Source of the DNA: an uncultured delta proteobacterium
GTDB taxonomy: Bacteria > Myxococcota > Kuafuiibacteriia > Kuafuiibacteriales > Kuafuiibacteriaceae
Assembly: GCA_963803435.1 (NCBI GenBank)
Contig: CAWDML010000003.1
Location: forward strand, 416,001 to 480,000
Length of the DNA: 64,000 nucleotides
Reading direction: 5' to 3'
Positions within the stretch are counted from its first letter, which is position 1; each line of letters starts with the position of its first letter. This document shows, in pieces, positions 1 to 13,731 of the stretch. A program made the position numbers and the translations under genes. A model generated the notes under the pieces. It saw nothing but the letters and a program-made list of their open reading frames with translations. It was not told where the DNA came from and did no database searches.

Positions 1-1
1 G

Positions 2-61
2 CCGCTCGAGCTCCCCAGCGACACCCAGCGCTACGTCCGCGCCGTGCTGCGGCGCCGCTGA
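2..61 (+). CDS. 3' end of a probable lytic transglycosylase (SLT domain), partial
   Basis: Frame from position 2 reads PLELPSDTQRYVRAVLRRR*, resembling the SLT C-terminal 'P.ET..YV..V' motif; only 20 codons visible. Confidence 0.4.
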   Translation, partial: PLELPSDTQRYVRAVLRRR

Positions 62-107
62 GCGCTGCGGCGTTGTTGTGTCGAAGTGACGCAACGCCGA
101 TCTCCGC

Positions 108-2189
<2,082 letters not shown>

Positions 2190-3470
2190 AGCGGCCCTTC
2201 GCCCTGATCTTCCGCAGGTTGCCGTAGTGGCCGCCCACCACGCGATCGATGAAGACGACCTCGATCGGCGCCTGCAGCGAGTTGAGCCGCAACAGGAGAC
2301 CGGGGATCAGCGCCTTGATGTCGTCGTGGATGGTGGAGGTCGCGTAGTCGAACTCGCCCATGAACGGCTCGACCAGCACCTTCCACCAGCGCCGGTAGTA
2401 CGCCTCCTCGATCGGGGGCCCGTCGGGACGGCGCGCGCCCAGATCGATCATGCCCTGCTCGATGCCGTCGAAGTCCTCCTCGAACGCGCAGCGGATCGTG
2501 CGGGCGTAGGCCTCGGCGATCTCGGGCTTGATCTTCTTGACGCAGCCGAAGTCGTACATCACCACCCGGCCGTCCTTGCGGAAGGCGAAGTTGGCCGGGT
2601 TGGGATCGGCGTGAAGCGCGCGGAAGTCGAAGATCTGGGAGAGCGTGATCAGGAAGAGGTTCCGGCCGATCAGGTTGCGGAGCTGCTGTGAGTAGCCCTC
2701 GCGATCGAGGTGCTCGATGTCATCGCCGGGCTCGTACGTCAGCGTGAGGACGCGCTGGCTCGAGCGCTCGCCGACCACCTCGGGGATGACGACGAAGTCG
2801 TCGCCGTGGTGCAGCTTGCGGAAGAGGCGCACGTTGTCGGCCTCGTTGCAGTAGTCGAGCTCCTCGTGGAGTCGAGCCTTGATCTCACCGAACAGCTCGT
2901 CGAGGTTCTTCTTGGTGGTCCGCACCAGACCGCTGGCCTTGAGCGCCAGCTTGAGGTGCGCCAGGTCCGAGTCGACGCTCCGATCGACGCCGGGGTACTG
3001 CACCTTCACCACCACCTCGCGACCGTCGTCGGTGCGGGCGCGATGGACCTGCCCGATGGAGGCGGCGGCGAACGGCTCCGGATCGAACCGAGAGAAGAGC
3101 TGCCCGGGGATGGAGCCGAGCTCGCGCTCGATCTGCTCTTCGATGAGCTGGTACGGCATCGGCGGGGCCTCACGCTGGAGGGTGCGGAGCGCGCCCGAGA
3201 TCTCCTTCGGCAGGAAGTCGGCCTGGATGGAGGCCATCTGGCCCAGCTTCATGGCGGCGCCCTTGAGCTCGCCCAGAGTCTCCGCGATCCGCTCGCCGCT
3301 CTCCCGGTAGGATCGCGCGCGCTCGACCGCCGCGTCCTCGGCCGACTTGAAGGCCGACTTCACTCGGGACGCTGCATAGTTCGCGGCCACCGACGCGGTC
3401 ATCGAGGCGAGCTTCATGAATCGCTTGCCCCGCGTCGCCGGACGGCCGGGCTTCTTGCGCTCCTCCTCGC

Positions 3471-5310
3471 TCACCGCGGCAGCATATCAACCGGCGGGAA
3501 TGAACGCGACGCTGAAGGAGAGCCGCATGTCAGCGTCTCCAGGTACCACGCGCGCAGCGCCAGCTCGGCGTGGGCGCGATCGAGCTGGCTGCGGACTCGC
3601 CAGACGTTGAGCGCGGGGAGGACCGCGGCGCCGAAGGTGACCAGCGAGAGGAGCACGATGGTCGGCAGCTCGCGGAGCTGGCTGGCCTGCGCCCGGATCA
3701 GCATGCCGGCGTCGCTGAAACTGTACGATTGCGGGAGCACGCCCGCGTACTCCAGGAGCAGGGGCGCCATGAGCGCGATCGCCGTCATCGACGCGAGCAG
3801 CGCCACCTCGTCTCTGCGGGCGTAGAACAGCTTGGCGCTGAGGAAGCCCGCCGCCAGGTTGGGGACCAGGATCAGGGGGCCGAACAGCCGCGTGGCCACC
3901 ATGAGCGCGGCCAGGCCGAACAAGAGGCAGAACGCCCGCGCATACTTGAACCGCGCCGGTCCGCGGAAGCCCTCGAGGGCGTCGGTCAGCGTGAAGAGCC
4001 CGTGCAGGACGACGAACGCGATCACCGCCGGCCAGTCGCGGATGCCCATGAAGGGCGCGAGCAGGGCGAGGCCGACGAGGACGCTGACCAGCAGGGCGAT
4101 GCGACCTCGAGCGCCCCGCACGATCGCCGCCTCGGCGTCGGCGCGAAGCGTTCGACCGACGCCCTTGGGCTCGACGCGCGGCGGGTGGAGGAGGAGGCGG
4201 ATCAGCGCCTTCCGTGCGGTTAGGCTCTCGGGATCGAGCGCCAGGGCGCGGCTGAGCTCCCGCATGGCGTCGGCGTGGTCGCGCTCCTCGGTCGCTGGAT
4301 TGTGCTCGAGGGCGCGCTCGACCAACCGCGCGGCGGTGTCCATTCGCTTCTCTGCGAGCTCGCGGCGGAGCTCGAGATCCCTATCGCCGTCGAGGAAGCG
4401 ATCGACGGCCTCCACCAGCGCGTGCACCGACGGGTAGCGCCCGTTCGGATCGGTCCGCGTCGCGCGGGTACAGAATCTCCTGGAGCTCGGGGGTGAGCCG
4501 GATGTCCGCGACCTGCGTCGGCTCGCCCGGTCCGGTGATGCGGCGGGTGTCGTCGTCGTCCCAATCCGACGAGCGCGGCGCCAGCGGGCGAAGGGTGAGG
4601 ATCTCGTAGAGGATGGCGCCGAGCGCGTAGACGTCGGTGCGCACGTCGACCTCACGGTCGCGGTCGGCCTGCTCGGGCGCCATGTATCCGGGCGTGCCGA
4701 GCACCATGCCGCCGACCGTGGGCGCGCGCGCCTCGCGCGTCGGTGTCGACAGCGGTTTGGCGAGGCCCCAGTCGAGCACGTGGACCTCGCCGAAGTCTCC
4801 CAGCATCACGTTCGAGGGCTTGAGATCCCGATGCAGCACGCCATGGGCGTGCGCGTAGTCGATCGCCAGGCAGAGCTGGCGAAACATCGAGAGCAGCTTC
4901 CCGCGCGTGTGCCTCTGGAGTGCCTCCGGATCGCCGTCGCGGAGCGCCTTGAGCACCGCGTGCAGCGTGGTGCCGCGGACGCGCTTCATGACGAAGTACG
5001 GGCCCACCTCGGGCGCGACGCCGAGATCGTAGATGGGCACGACCGACGGGTGCTCGAGCTGGCCCTGGATGTACGCCTCGTGGAGGAATCGCGTCTTCAG
5101 CTCCTCGTTGTCCCGGTGGCTGGCCGCGATGACCTTGACGGCGACGTCGCGACCGATGCGACGATCGGTGCAGAGGAAGACCTCGCCCATCCCGCCCCGG
5201 CCCAGCACCTGGTTTCGGACGTAGCGCTCCTCGAAGGGGAGGATGTCGTGCAGCCCTGGCTCGGCGCCGGCTCCGTCCGTGATGTCGGTGAAGCGGGTGA
5301 TGCGAGACAT
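3471..5310 (-). CDS. Membrane-bound Ser/Thr kinase with multi-TM C-terminus (one +1 frameshift at ~4472-4477)
   Basis: [32 protein letters not shown] in ORF 4381..5310. Removing one A from AGAATC joins it to the frame of 3471..4655 ([13 protein letters not shown]...RYPSV), giving 613 codons. Confidence 0.85.
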
Positions 5311-5524
5311 GCCAGAAAAGCCTAGCGCGAACGTCGCGCCCTCCGCAGGCCGGGTCGGCGTGGAAGGGAAGTTGCCGTGTGAACGGCGAGTCCGCAGCGC
5401 GGTCGTGAACGCGCCTGAGGGCGCCTGTCCTCGCCTCGAGCTGCTGGAGAGGGGCCGTGGCCGCGCGGTTCACGTCCCCGGCGATCAGATCCTCGTGCCG
5501 GCCGGAGGAACGGGCGGATGAGGC

Positions 5525-6140
5525 TCAGGGGATCGTGAAGCGCGCAACGCACTCGGCGCCTTCATCCGCCACCTGTATTGCGATCGCTGGCGAGATCGAG
5601 TCCGCGCACCCGGACCAGCCCGCGAAGTGCGAGTCGTTGACCGTGAGGGCCCTCAGCGACACGGTGGCGCCGGGAGTGACCTGGTAGTCGCAGCGCTCGT
5701 ACTGGCAGAGACCGAGGCCGGCCGCGTCGACGAAGCCGGGGCCGTCGATCACGATCGAGAGCATCGCCAGCGACTTGGCCTCCACCTCGACGTGCAGCAT
5801 GGCGCTGGCCTTCTCGCCCCGCGCGTCGGTCACTTCGACGACCAGATCGAGCGCGCCGTCGCTGGTGACGACCTCACCAAGGCCGTGCGCCGGGTCGAGC
5901 GTGACCGCCGGGTGCATCCACTCGAAGGCGTACGGCTCGAACGCCGCCCTCGGCGACGGCCTCCAGCAGGATCCGGGTGTCGCGGGGGAACGGCCCCTTG
6001 CCGACGGTGCGGGCCTGCACACTGAGCGGCGTGACGCCGCCGTCGGTCGGAGGAGCGGTGGTCTCTCCGCCGCAGCCACCTTTGGCGCCGGCGAGCAGGA
6101 CCGCAAGGGACGAGAAGAGCACGGAATGAACGTTTCGCAT
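5525..6140 (-). CDS. Putative lipoprotein with Ig/PKD-like and divergent InlB B-repeat-like domain (+1 frameshift at ~5936-5942)
   Basis: Signal peptide ending GGCGG. Removing one base gives AEGGVEPYAFEW. C-terminal 'VSLRA...FAGWSGC' is B-repeat-like. Confidence 0.6.
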
Positions 6141-6222
6141 GCCTGAGAGCATGCGGCATAGGTCTGTCAAAACCGGTCAGAGTTGCCGAGCGTTCGACGC
6201 TGGCCGAGGGTCTTGTTCCGCG

Positions 6223-8809
6223 TCACTGAAAGACGACGTTCTCGGTGTCGGAGAGGCGCGGGTGCGTCCCGTCGTCCCAGGTGCAGGTCACGGGAACGGT
6301 GGTCTGCACGCAGACGCGGAACGTCGAGCTGTAGATCCCGGCCGTCGGCTCGGTGAACCCGTTCGGGAAGTCGACGTCACCGGCGACCTGGAGATTGTCG
6401 ATGCCGGCGCGCCCGTTCGAGCTGGGGAAGAAGATCCGGATCAGCAGGCTGCTGCAGTTGTTGGCGTAGGCCGGCAGGTTGAAGCTGTAGTCCGTACAGT
6501 TGTCGGTGCCGTCGCTCGCCTGATTGAGCGCCGTCCCGAAGGTGGTGGGCGCACAGCCGGTGCCGCAGCACCCCTGGACCTGGACGTTGTCGCCGTTGTT
6601 CGGATTGGTGCGATAGCCGACGCGCAGGGCGATCGCGAGGTTGCTCAGGCCGGTGGCGTCGATCGGCGGTGACACCTGGAAGAAGGCGGCGGCCTGCCGG
6701 TCGATCTGGACGTATCGCCCCGTGTTGCAGCTGGCGGGGAAGCCGTCCGGAAAGGTGCGGATGGAGACGTCGAGGACGCTGCTCCGGCTGCCCCAGCGTC
6801 CGAAGGTGTTGCTCACGAACGTCTCGAGCGGCAGCACGTCAATCGCGGGCGACGTGCAGGCGAGGGCGGCGGCGGCGTTGTCGTAGCCGTCGAGGTCCAC
6901 GGTGAGGGTCGCATCGGTGCAGACCGCCCGCGGGCTGTTCGTGGTCAACACCAGCGTCTGGGGGAGGCAGGCCAAGCAGTCGGTGTTACACGCGACCCGG
7001 GTGTCGTCGCAGTCGGCGGCGGTGCACGTGTTCCCGGCCCCGCCGGCGGTCCCGAAGCCGTCGCCGTCGAGATCGATGCACGTGTCGGCGCAATCGGCGA
7101 CGGCATCGGCGTCCGCGTCGCTGATGCAGTCGGTCGTGCAGGTGTTGACCGCGTCGTTGCAGTCGGTGCCGGTGCAGCCGGGACCTACTCCATAGCCGTC
7201 GTTGTCGACGTCGACGCAGTTGTCCGCGCAGTCCGGCGTGCCGTCGTGGTCGACGTCGGCCGCGCAGTTGTTCGTGCAGGTAGCCACGGTGTCGTTGCAG
7301 TCGGCGCCGAGGCACGTGTTGCCGGCGCCGCCAGCCGCCCCGTAGTTGTCGTGATCGGAGTCGAGGCACGTGTCCGCACAGTCGGCGACGCCGTCCGCGT
7401 CGATGTCCGCGCCGCAGTTGTTCGTGCAGGTCGCGACCGTGTCGTCGCAGTCGGCGCCGAGGCACGTGTTGCCCGCACCGCCCGCGTTGCCGTAGCCGTC
7501 GGCGTCGGCGTCGAGGCAGGTGTCCGCGCAGTCCGGGATGGCGTCGCCGTCGGTATCGGTCGTACAGTCGTCGGTGCAGGTCGGAACGGTGTCGTCGCAG
7601 TCCGCGGCCGCGCAGTCGTTGCCCGCGCCGCCCGCCACGCCGAATCCGTCGCCGTCGACGTCGAGGCACGTGTCCATGCAGTCGATCGTCCCGTCGAGGT
7701 CGGCGTCCGCGGTGCAGTCGACGTTGCAGGCGGTGAGCGTCTCGTCGCAGTCGGCGGCGATGCAGGCGGGTCCGACGCCGTAGCCGTCCCCGTCCGGATC
7801 GACGCAGTCGTCGTCGCAGTCGCGCATGGTGTCGCCGTCCGAGTCCGTCGTGCAATCGGTGTTGCAGGTGGCCACGGTGTCGTCGCAGTCGGGACCGTCG
7901 CATCCGCCTACGCCGCCGCCCGGATCGCCGTAGTTGTCGCCGTCGACGTCGAGGCAGGGATCGGCGCAGTCGGCCAGCGCGTCGCCGTCGACGTCGGCGC
8001 TGCAGTCGGTGTTGCAGGTCGCGACCGCGTCGTCGCAGTCGGGACCGATGCAGGCATCCCCGCCGCCGCCCGCGACGCCGTAGCCATCCCCGTCGGCGTC
8101 GAGGCAGTCGTCGCGGCAATCGGGAATCTGGTCCTGATCGACGTCGTCGCACTGGCTCGTGCAGAGGTCGCTGGTGTCGTCGCAGTCCGGCCCGAGGCAG
8201 TCATTTCCGCCGCCGCCTGCCGCACCGTAACCGTCTCCGTCGGCGTCGAGACAGGTGTCATCGCAATCGATCACGCCGTCCTGATCGGTGTCTCCTGCGC
8301 AGGTGCAGTCGGAGGGCTCGCCGGTGCAGACATATCCGGGCTCGGTCCCGCAGTCGCGATCGCAGCCGTCGCCCGGCGTCTGATTGCCGTCGTCGCAGCC
8401 CTCGCCGGCGCTGACCTGTCCGTCCCCGCACTTGCGCAACGCTTCGAGCGTGGCGTCCGCCGAGACGAGCTGCTTCAGCGCGGGCGTGATGACGATCGTG
8501 GTGGCCAGGACGGCTCGGCTCTGCGCCAGGCCGCTGATCAACAGATGGATCTCCTGGCCCGCCAGCGCGTCGGGGAGCAGGAGGACGACCGAGTCCTCAC
8601 CGCTGGTGAGCGGCCGGGGCGTCTCCGGAGCTCGGCCCGACTCGAAGGCTGGCGCGCCGCCGTCGAGCGTTCCCGAGATCTCGAACTGATCGAGCCCGGC
8701 GCTTCCGTCGTACCGCAGCGTGGAGATCGATTCCCGTCAGATCCGTCTCGACCTTTTCGTGACAGGCGAACGTGCCGAGAGCGAGCGCAGCCACCAGCAG
8801 ACTTCGCAC
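6223..8809 (-). CDS. Cys/Asp-rich repeat surface lipoprotein (+1 frameshift at ~8721-8735)
   Basis: GTG start 8809 MRSLLVAALALGTFAC lipobox; one myxococcal CGDG..CDDGN repeat, then 9 DxDxDG..DC.D.C.D.DGDGYG repeats. Length minus 1 base = 862 codons. Confidence 0.85.
6975..8292 (-). repeat. About 9 tandem 44-50 aa Ca2+-binding-like (DxDxDG) Cys-rich repeats; boundaries approximate
   Basis: Counted in translation, e.g. DTDQDGVIDCDDTCLDADGDGYG and DIDADGVADCADTCLDSDHDNYG. Confidence 0.85.
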
Positions 8810-8811
8810 GG

Positions 8812-9450
8812 CTACCTCCTATCCAGCACGCCGAGCTCCCCCATGGGGAGAACGGTGCCACCGTTGCTGGTCGCGATGACCGCCACCGCGGTGCCGCCCG
8901 CCACGGCGACCCCACCGAGCACGGTCCAGAACCACCAGGTGGTGTAGAACGGCTCGGAGGCCGTCTCGACGACCGGCGGCGGTGGGGGCGGCGGTGCAAT
9001 CGAGGGCGGCGGCGGCGGCGGGGCCGGCGGCTCGACCACCTCGGGCTCGATCGGCGGCGGCGGCTCGGGCGGGGCCGCCCTCTCTTGCTTGGTCAGCTCG
9101 TCGTGGGCCTCCCGGATCAATCGCTCGACATCCTCCCGATACGGTGTCGAAGGTCGGTCGCTGAGGAACGCCTCGAAGTTCGGAATCGCCTTCTGGTACT
9201 CACCGAGGAAGAGCTGGCACTGGCCCATGTTGTAGAGGAGCGCGGGCACCGGGAAGAGGGCGTAGGCCTTCTCGAACTCGCTGAGCGCCTTCTGGTAACT
9301 CTTCGCCTGGAACAGCGAGGCCGCCGCTTGCGCGTGGCTCTTCGCCTGCCGCTTCTGTCGCTCGCCCTTGTCCGCGTTCGCGGGAGTGGGCGCGGTGACC
9401 GCGAGGCCGAGGGCCGCGATGAGACCGATCGTTCGCACGTACGCCGCCAT
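8812..9450 (-). CDS. Signal-peptide TPR protein with Pro-rich linker and C-terminal hydrophobic segment
   Basis: ATG 9450 MAAYVRTIGLIAALGLAVTAPTPANA; TPR 'ALSEFEKAYALFPVPALLYNMGQC'; C-terminal PFYTTWWFW + hydrophobic helix. Confidence 0.85.
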   Translation of the reverse strand: MAAYVRTIGLIAALGLAVTAPTPANADKGERQKRQAKSHAQAAASLFQAKSYQKALSEFEKAYALFPVPALLYNMGQCQLFLGEYQKAIPNFEAFLSDRPSTPYREDVERLIREAHDELTKQERAAPPEPPPPIEPEVVEPPAPPPPPPSIAPPPPPPPVVETASEPFYTTWWFWTVLGGVAVAGGTAVAVIATSNGGTVLPMGELGVLDRR

Positions 9451-9452
9451 CG

Positions 9453-11487
9453 TCACTCCGCAAACGGATCGATCAACGTGCCCCGCTTCAGCCGCTCTCG
9501 CTCCTTCTTCGGCGCGGCCGGCTCTGCCTTGCGCTCGGGCCGTGCCACGGACCTCGCCAAGCGCTTCCTGGCGCGATGTCGCTCCCGCTTCTTCACGGGC
9601 TTCGTCGGCAGGGCGGGCGGCTTGAACGTCTCGTCCCGAGCCGGTGGGGTCTCCGGCGCCGGGTCGGGCTCGACCTGTCAATCGAGCGCCGCCGAGGTCG
9701 TCTCGGGCTCCGGCGCGATCAGCACGGGCTGTCGGACCTCCGGGTCGGAGTCCGGCTCGTACTGCGCCATCGCGAAGGCGGCCGCCGCCAGAGTGAACAA
9801 GAGCGCCCCGACCGCGACCGGGAAGAAGGAGCGCCGCGGCTGGAGCCTGATCTCGGCGCTCAGGCTTGCCGGACCCTCCGCAGGATCGAACGCGGCGGTG
9901 CTCCGGTCGATGGGGAGAGTGTCCGACCGCGGACTGAGATCGCTGTGCGAGCGCGGGCGGACAATCTCGGTCTCGCGGTCATTGAGTAGGCCGGAGCTCT
10001 CGGGAAGATCGAGCTGGTTGCTGAACACCCCGCGGGCCCGCACGATCATCGTGGGTACGCGCCGGGGATCGTTCCGCGTGGGGAGCACCAGGTCCTCCGT
10101 GGTCCAGCTCCCGCGCGGCTTGAACTTCGACTTGGGGCAATCGTTCGGGAGCTGCTGCACGCCGCCGATCGCCTTCGGCTCCGAGAGCTCGGCGGCGGAG
10201 AGGAGCGTAGGCGCGCCGCGCTCGCCGTTCGGGCTTCGCGGGATGATCTCAGGCCAAGAGATCTCCGGCTCCTCCTCCGCGTACGGCGCCTCCTCGTCGA
10301 GGTCCTCCAGCACGACACCGGGCAGCGGCACCGGCTCCTCCTCGGTGTCCTCGTTGATCAGAATCGCCCGTCAGGGGCGCTTGGAGCCGTTGCTCGGCGG
10401 GATCGAGGTGCGGGCGCGCCCGCGGCCGGTCGGGCACCGCGCGCTCGAGCAGCCCGAGCTTCTGCTGCGACGCCAGGATGTCGATGTCGTCCCGGGTGGT
10501 CGCCTCGTTGTCGACCCGATGATCGCGCGCGTAGACGTATGTGGTGGTCACCGGGATCTCCACCTGACCGCTCGGTGAAGGTGGCTCGACCAACACCAGG
10601 CCGTCGGTGGACAACGCTCGGCGCAGGTCGGGTGTGACGGAGGGTTGCGGCTGAGGTTTGGAGGGCGCGAGCGCGATCGGCGAGTAGCCGAGGTCGTCGA
10701 GGCGCGCGAGCACGTCCCGCCCCGACTGGGGCCGCCCGGTCGGATCCGGGTCGATCATCGCCGCGATGAGGGCGGCCAGCCCGGTCTCGCCGCAGGGCGT
10801 CTTGCCGATCAGCTCGGCCGCGATCGAACCGAGCGCGAAGACGTCACCGGCCTTGCTGGCTCCGGAGGACCGGGTCGCCTCGGGTGCCGCGTAGTCGCGC
10901 CCTGTGCGAAGCCGCACCGCCTGGGACGAGCGGGCGAGCGAGCCCAGCCCGAAGTCGAGGACCTTGACCACATCCCGCCGGCCCTTGGGACCGACCATGA
11001 CGTTGGTGGGTGAGAGGTTCTTGTGGACGAGGTCAGCATCGTGGGCCTCGGCCAGCGCGGCGGCAATCTGCGCGCAGATGGAGCCGACGCGATCGAGGTC
11101 GAGCGCCGGCCCGGCCATCATCGCCGCGAGCGTCTGACCGGACGCCAGCTCGGAGGCGATCCAGGTCGTCCCGTCGTCGGTGCCCGCGTCCAGCAGGCGC
11201 GCCACGTTCGGGTGCTGGAGCTCCTTGGCGGCCGCCACCTCCCGGAAGAGCCGCTTGACGACCAGCTCTTGGGTTCCGAAATCCCCGAAGAGCACGCGGA
11301 CGGCCGCGTCCTGAGCGCGATAGATCCGGCCGGTGACGCCCTCCGCGATCAGCGTCTCGAGGATGAAGCGACCGAGCGCGCTCGACGGGTGGGGGTCGTC
11401 ATCCCGATCGACGAGCGTGGTTCCGTCGCCGCTGCACGACACGACCTGCGCCTTGAAGATGGCGCTGCAGCGGGGGCAAACGCGCAC
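9453..11487 (-). CDS. Membrane Ser/Thr pseudokinase (+1 frameshift at 10360-10365, in-frame TGA at 9678-9680)
   Basis: N-terminal CPRC; kinase fold with HKNLSPTN, DFG, YAAPE and no VAIK lysine; TM FFPVAVGALLFTLAAAAFAMA; frame continues past the TGA to ...GTLIDPFAE* at 9453. Confidence 0.75.
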
Positions 11488-11605
11488 GCCTCAAAGCATA
11501 AGCGCCTGCACCCGCATGCGCCACTCCCGCCCACCTCCACGCTGGCGGCGTTGGGCATTCCGAGCGAATACAGACGGACCCGAGGTCCGACAGCGTCGTC
11601 GCAAG

Positions 11606-11983
11606 TCAGGTTGCAGACCACACGCCGCGAAGTCCGGGCTCGGTGCGGTGGGTTTTATCCAGGAACTCGTCGTTGTCGAACACGCCCAGCTGGTCGGGCA
11701 TCACCAGCTCGGTCTCGCCGACCCGGACGTGCATACCCGGCTCCAGCCGGAGCCGTCCCTCCACCGGGATGCCGTTGAACCAGCTGCCATTGCGGCTGCC
11801 GAGATCTTCGAACCAAAGCTGACCGTCGCGCATCCAGATCCGCGCATGACGTCGCGAGATCGCGGCGTCCCAGTTGAACTCGACGTCTGCGTCGACCCCC
11901 CGCCGGCCGATGATGGTGCTTCGGCCCCGTCTCAAGGAGAACGCAAATTCTCCAATCGCTGGATGAACGACGCAGATCTTCAT
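11606..11983 (-). CDS. FHA domain protein
   Basis: IIGR, ISRRHA, DLGSRNGS motifs; alternative GTG start at 12073. Confidence 0.88.
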   Translation of the reverse strand: MKICVVHPAIGEFAFSLRRGRSTIIGRRGVDADVEFNWDAAISRRHARIWMRDGQLWFEDLGSRNGSWFNGIPVEGRLRLEPGMHVRVGETELVMPDQLGVFDNDEFLDKTHRTEPGLRGVWSAT

Positions 11984-12069
11984 GACGAGCTCGACCTTGG
12001 GTTCGTCACGTTCTGAACGGACTTGAGCGCCCGGGTTGTAAAACCTCGAGATGCAGGTGCGACTCCCGA

Positions 12070-12934
12070 TCACAACCCCAGCGCGGAGAGCACCTCGGGA
12101 TACACGCGGGCGGCGAAGAAGCGGGCGCCGGCCACGGTGAAGTGGATCCCATCATGCTGGCGGAGCGGTTGGGCGGACCGAAAGCCCTTCACCTTCATCC
12201 GGCGGACGAGCCGCCCCTTCTTGTCGACGAAATAGGCGCGCGTGCTCAGCCAGGTGGCCCCGTCCTTGGCCTCGACGGCGGCCTTCTGGATGGAGCGGAT
12301 CAACTGGAGCTTCTCCTCGAGGCTCCGGTGATCCATCAGCGGGAGCTCGAGCCAGAGCACGTGTCGCCCGCCCTCGACCAGCAGATCGAGGAACGCCATC
12401 ACGCGCTCGCGGTACGCACCCGTCCAGTCGGGCCCTCGCCAGAGGATCCGGCGGCGGCGGCGGGGCCCCTTGGGCGCGATCAGAATCCTGGCCGTCGTTG
12501 CCGCCGATGATCACGACCACCATGTCCGGCGACTGCCGCTTCACCAGGCGGGCGCCCTCCTTCATCCAGTTGAAGAAGTCCGGCCGGGCCAGACCGGTCG
12601 CGCTCTTTCCGCGCCGGCTGCAGACCACATGATCGTGCGCGTCGAGCGCGTCCTCGAGCGCGCGCCCGAAGTCCGTGGCCGCCATGCTGTCTCCGAGGAT
12701 CAAGACCTTGAAGTCGCGCGGCTCCGGCGGCGGGACCTCGGGCGGCGGCGGAGGCGGTGGCGGTGGCGGTGGCGGTGGCGGCTCGGGCGGAGGGGGCGGC
12801 GCCACGTCGGGCGGCGGCGCCAGCGGATCGGCCCGCGCGATCGGAGACGTCGTCTGCGCCGGCGTCGTCGTCGTCGTGCAATGCGAGAGCTGCGAGCAGA
12901 AGATGCCGAAGAGGAGGATCCTCTGTCGCCGCAT
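12070..12934 (-). CDS. SGNH/GDSL hydrolase (DUF459-like), probably exported (+1 frameshift at 12482-12487)
   Basis: GDSM, SATGLARPDFFNW, GGND, DGIHF motifs; removing one base gives GGNDGQDLIAPKG and 288 codons; poly-Pro linker. Confidence 0.85.
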
Positions 12935-13088
12935 CGGGCGCGGATGCTACCACACTACGGAAGCCGGAAGACTTGGGTCGACCCGCCTGAACCCACGGCC
13001 GTCAGGCGCTCTTTGTAGGCTCGTCTTGAGCGGGCTCTGATCGATCGCCGATCATCGACCCCGAAGAGCCATCCGGTATCATCTCGGC

Positions 13089-13730
13089 GTGACCGCGGGG
13101 AGCTTGGTCCTGGGCTTCGTCTACTATCTGGCCGCGCTCCTCTGTCTCGGTGCGTTCAAGAGCAAGAAGAAGAGCCCCGACACCCGCGGCCGCCTGCGCG
13201 CGCACGCCGACGCCGTCCGTTCGTTCCTCCTCGCCGTCGCGAAGCGCGGCACTCACCTCCCCGAGCTGGCCCGGGCCGCCGCGCCCTGGCTCGCCCTGGC
13301 GATCCTCCTCGCGCTCGTCGGCTTCGTCCGCCAGCTCAACCTTCAGGTCCTCCTGACGCAGACCTTCCAGACCGAGGCCATCGTCGAGGGCTGGTACGAC
13401 GCGCGCCGCGCCCGCCAGCTCCAGATCGTGTCGGGCATGGCGGCGGGGGCCGCCCTCACGATCGGGGTCCTCATGATCCTGCTCCGCCGCCGCCTCTCCG
13501 ACGTCGGCCTCCCGATGATGGCGTTCGTGATGCTGGTGCTGCTCCTCGCCGTCCGCACCGTGTCGAACCACCAGATCGACGCGGTCCTCCTCGAGCCCAT
13601 GCTCGGCGTCCCGCCCGCCTACGCGCTGGAGCTGCTCCTGCTCGCCGTCATCTCGGCGACCGCGCTCCGCTCGAGCCGCCGCCGGCCTCCGAAGCCCACC
13701 GCTCCGCTGGTGGCGCGGATCGAGCCTTGA
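13089..13730 (+). CDS. Hypothetical integral membrane protein (about 5 TM)
   Basis: 213 aa ORF with strong C3 codon bias and several hydrophobic helices. Confidence 0.75.
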   Translation: MTAGSLVLGFVYYLAALLCLGAFKSKKKSPDTRGRLRAHADAVRSFLLAVAKRGTHLPELARAAAPWLALAILLALVGFVRQLNLQVLLTQTFQTEAIVEGWYDARRARQLQIVSGMAAGAALTIGVLMILLRRRLSDVGLPMMAFVMLVLLLAVRTVSNHQIDAVLLEPMLGVPPAYALELLLLAVISATALRSSRRRPPKPTAPLVARIEP

Positions 13731-13731
13731 C

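Noticed and set aside
6975-8292. Regularly spaced DNA repeats as a CRISPR array or DGR repeats (also 31214..33190 and 44948..45870)
   Set aside because: Repeats are degenerate, codon-phased and encode Cys-rich protein repeats; no cas or reverse transcriptase genes
9678-9680. In-frame TGA as selenocysteine or programmed readthrough
   Set aside because: It lies in a low-complexity tail with no redox context and matches the GATC->AATC error pattern (CGA->TGA)
12740-12800. (GGCGGT)n tract as a contingency locus
   Set aside because: In-frame poly-Pro linker; unit length is a multiple of 3
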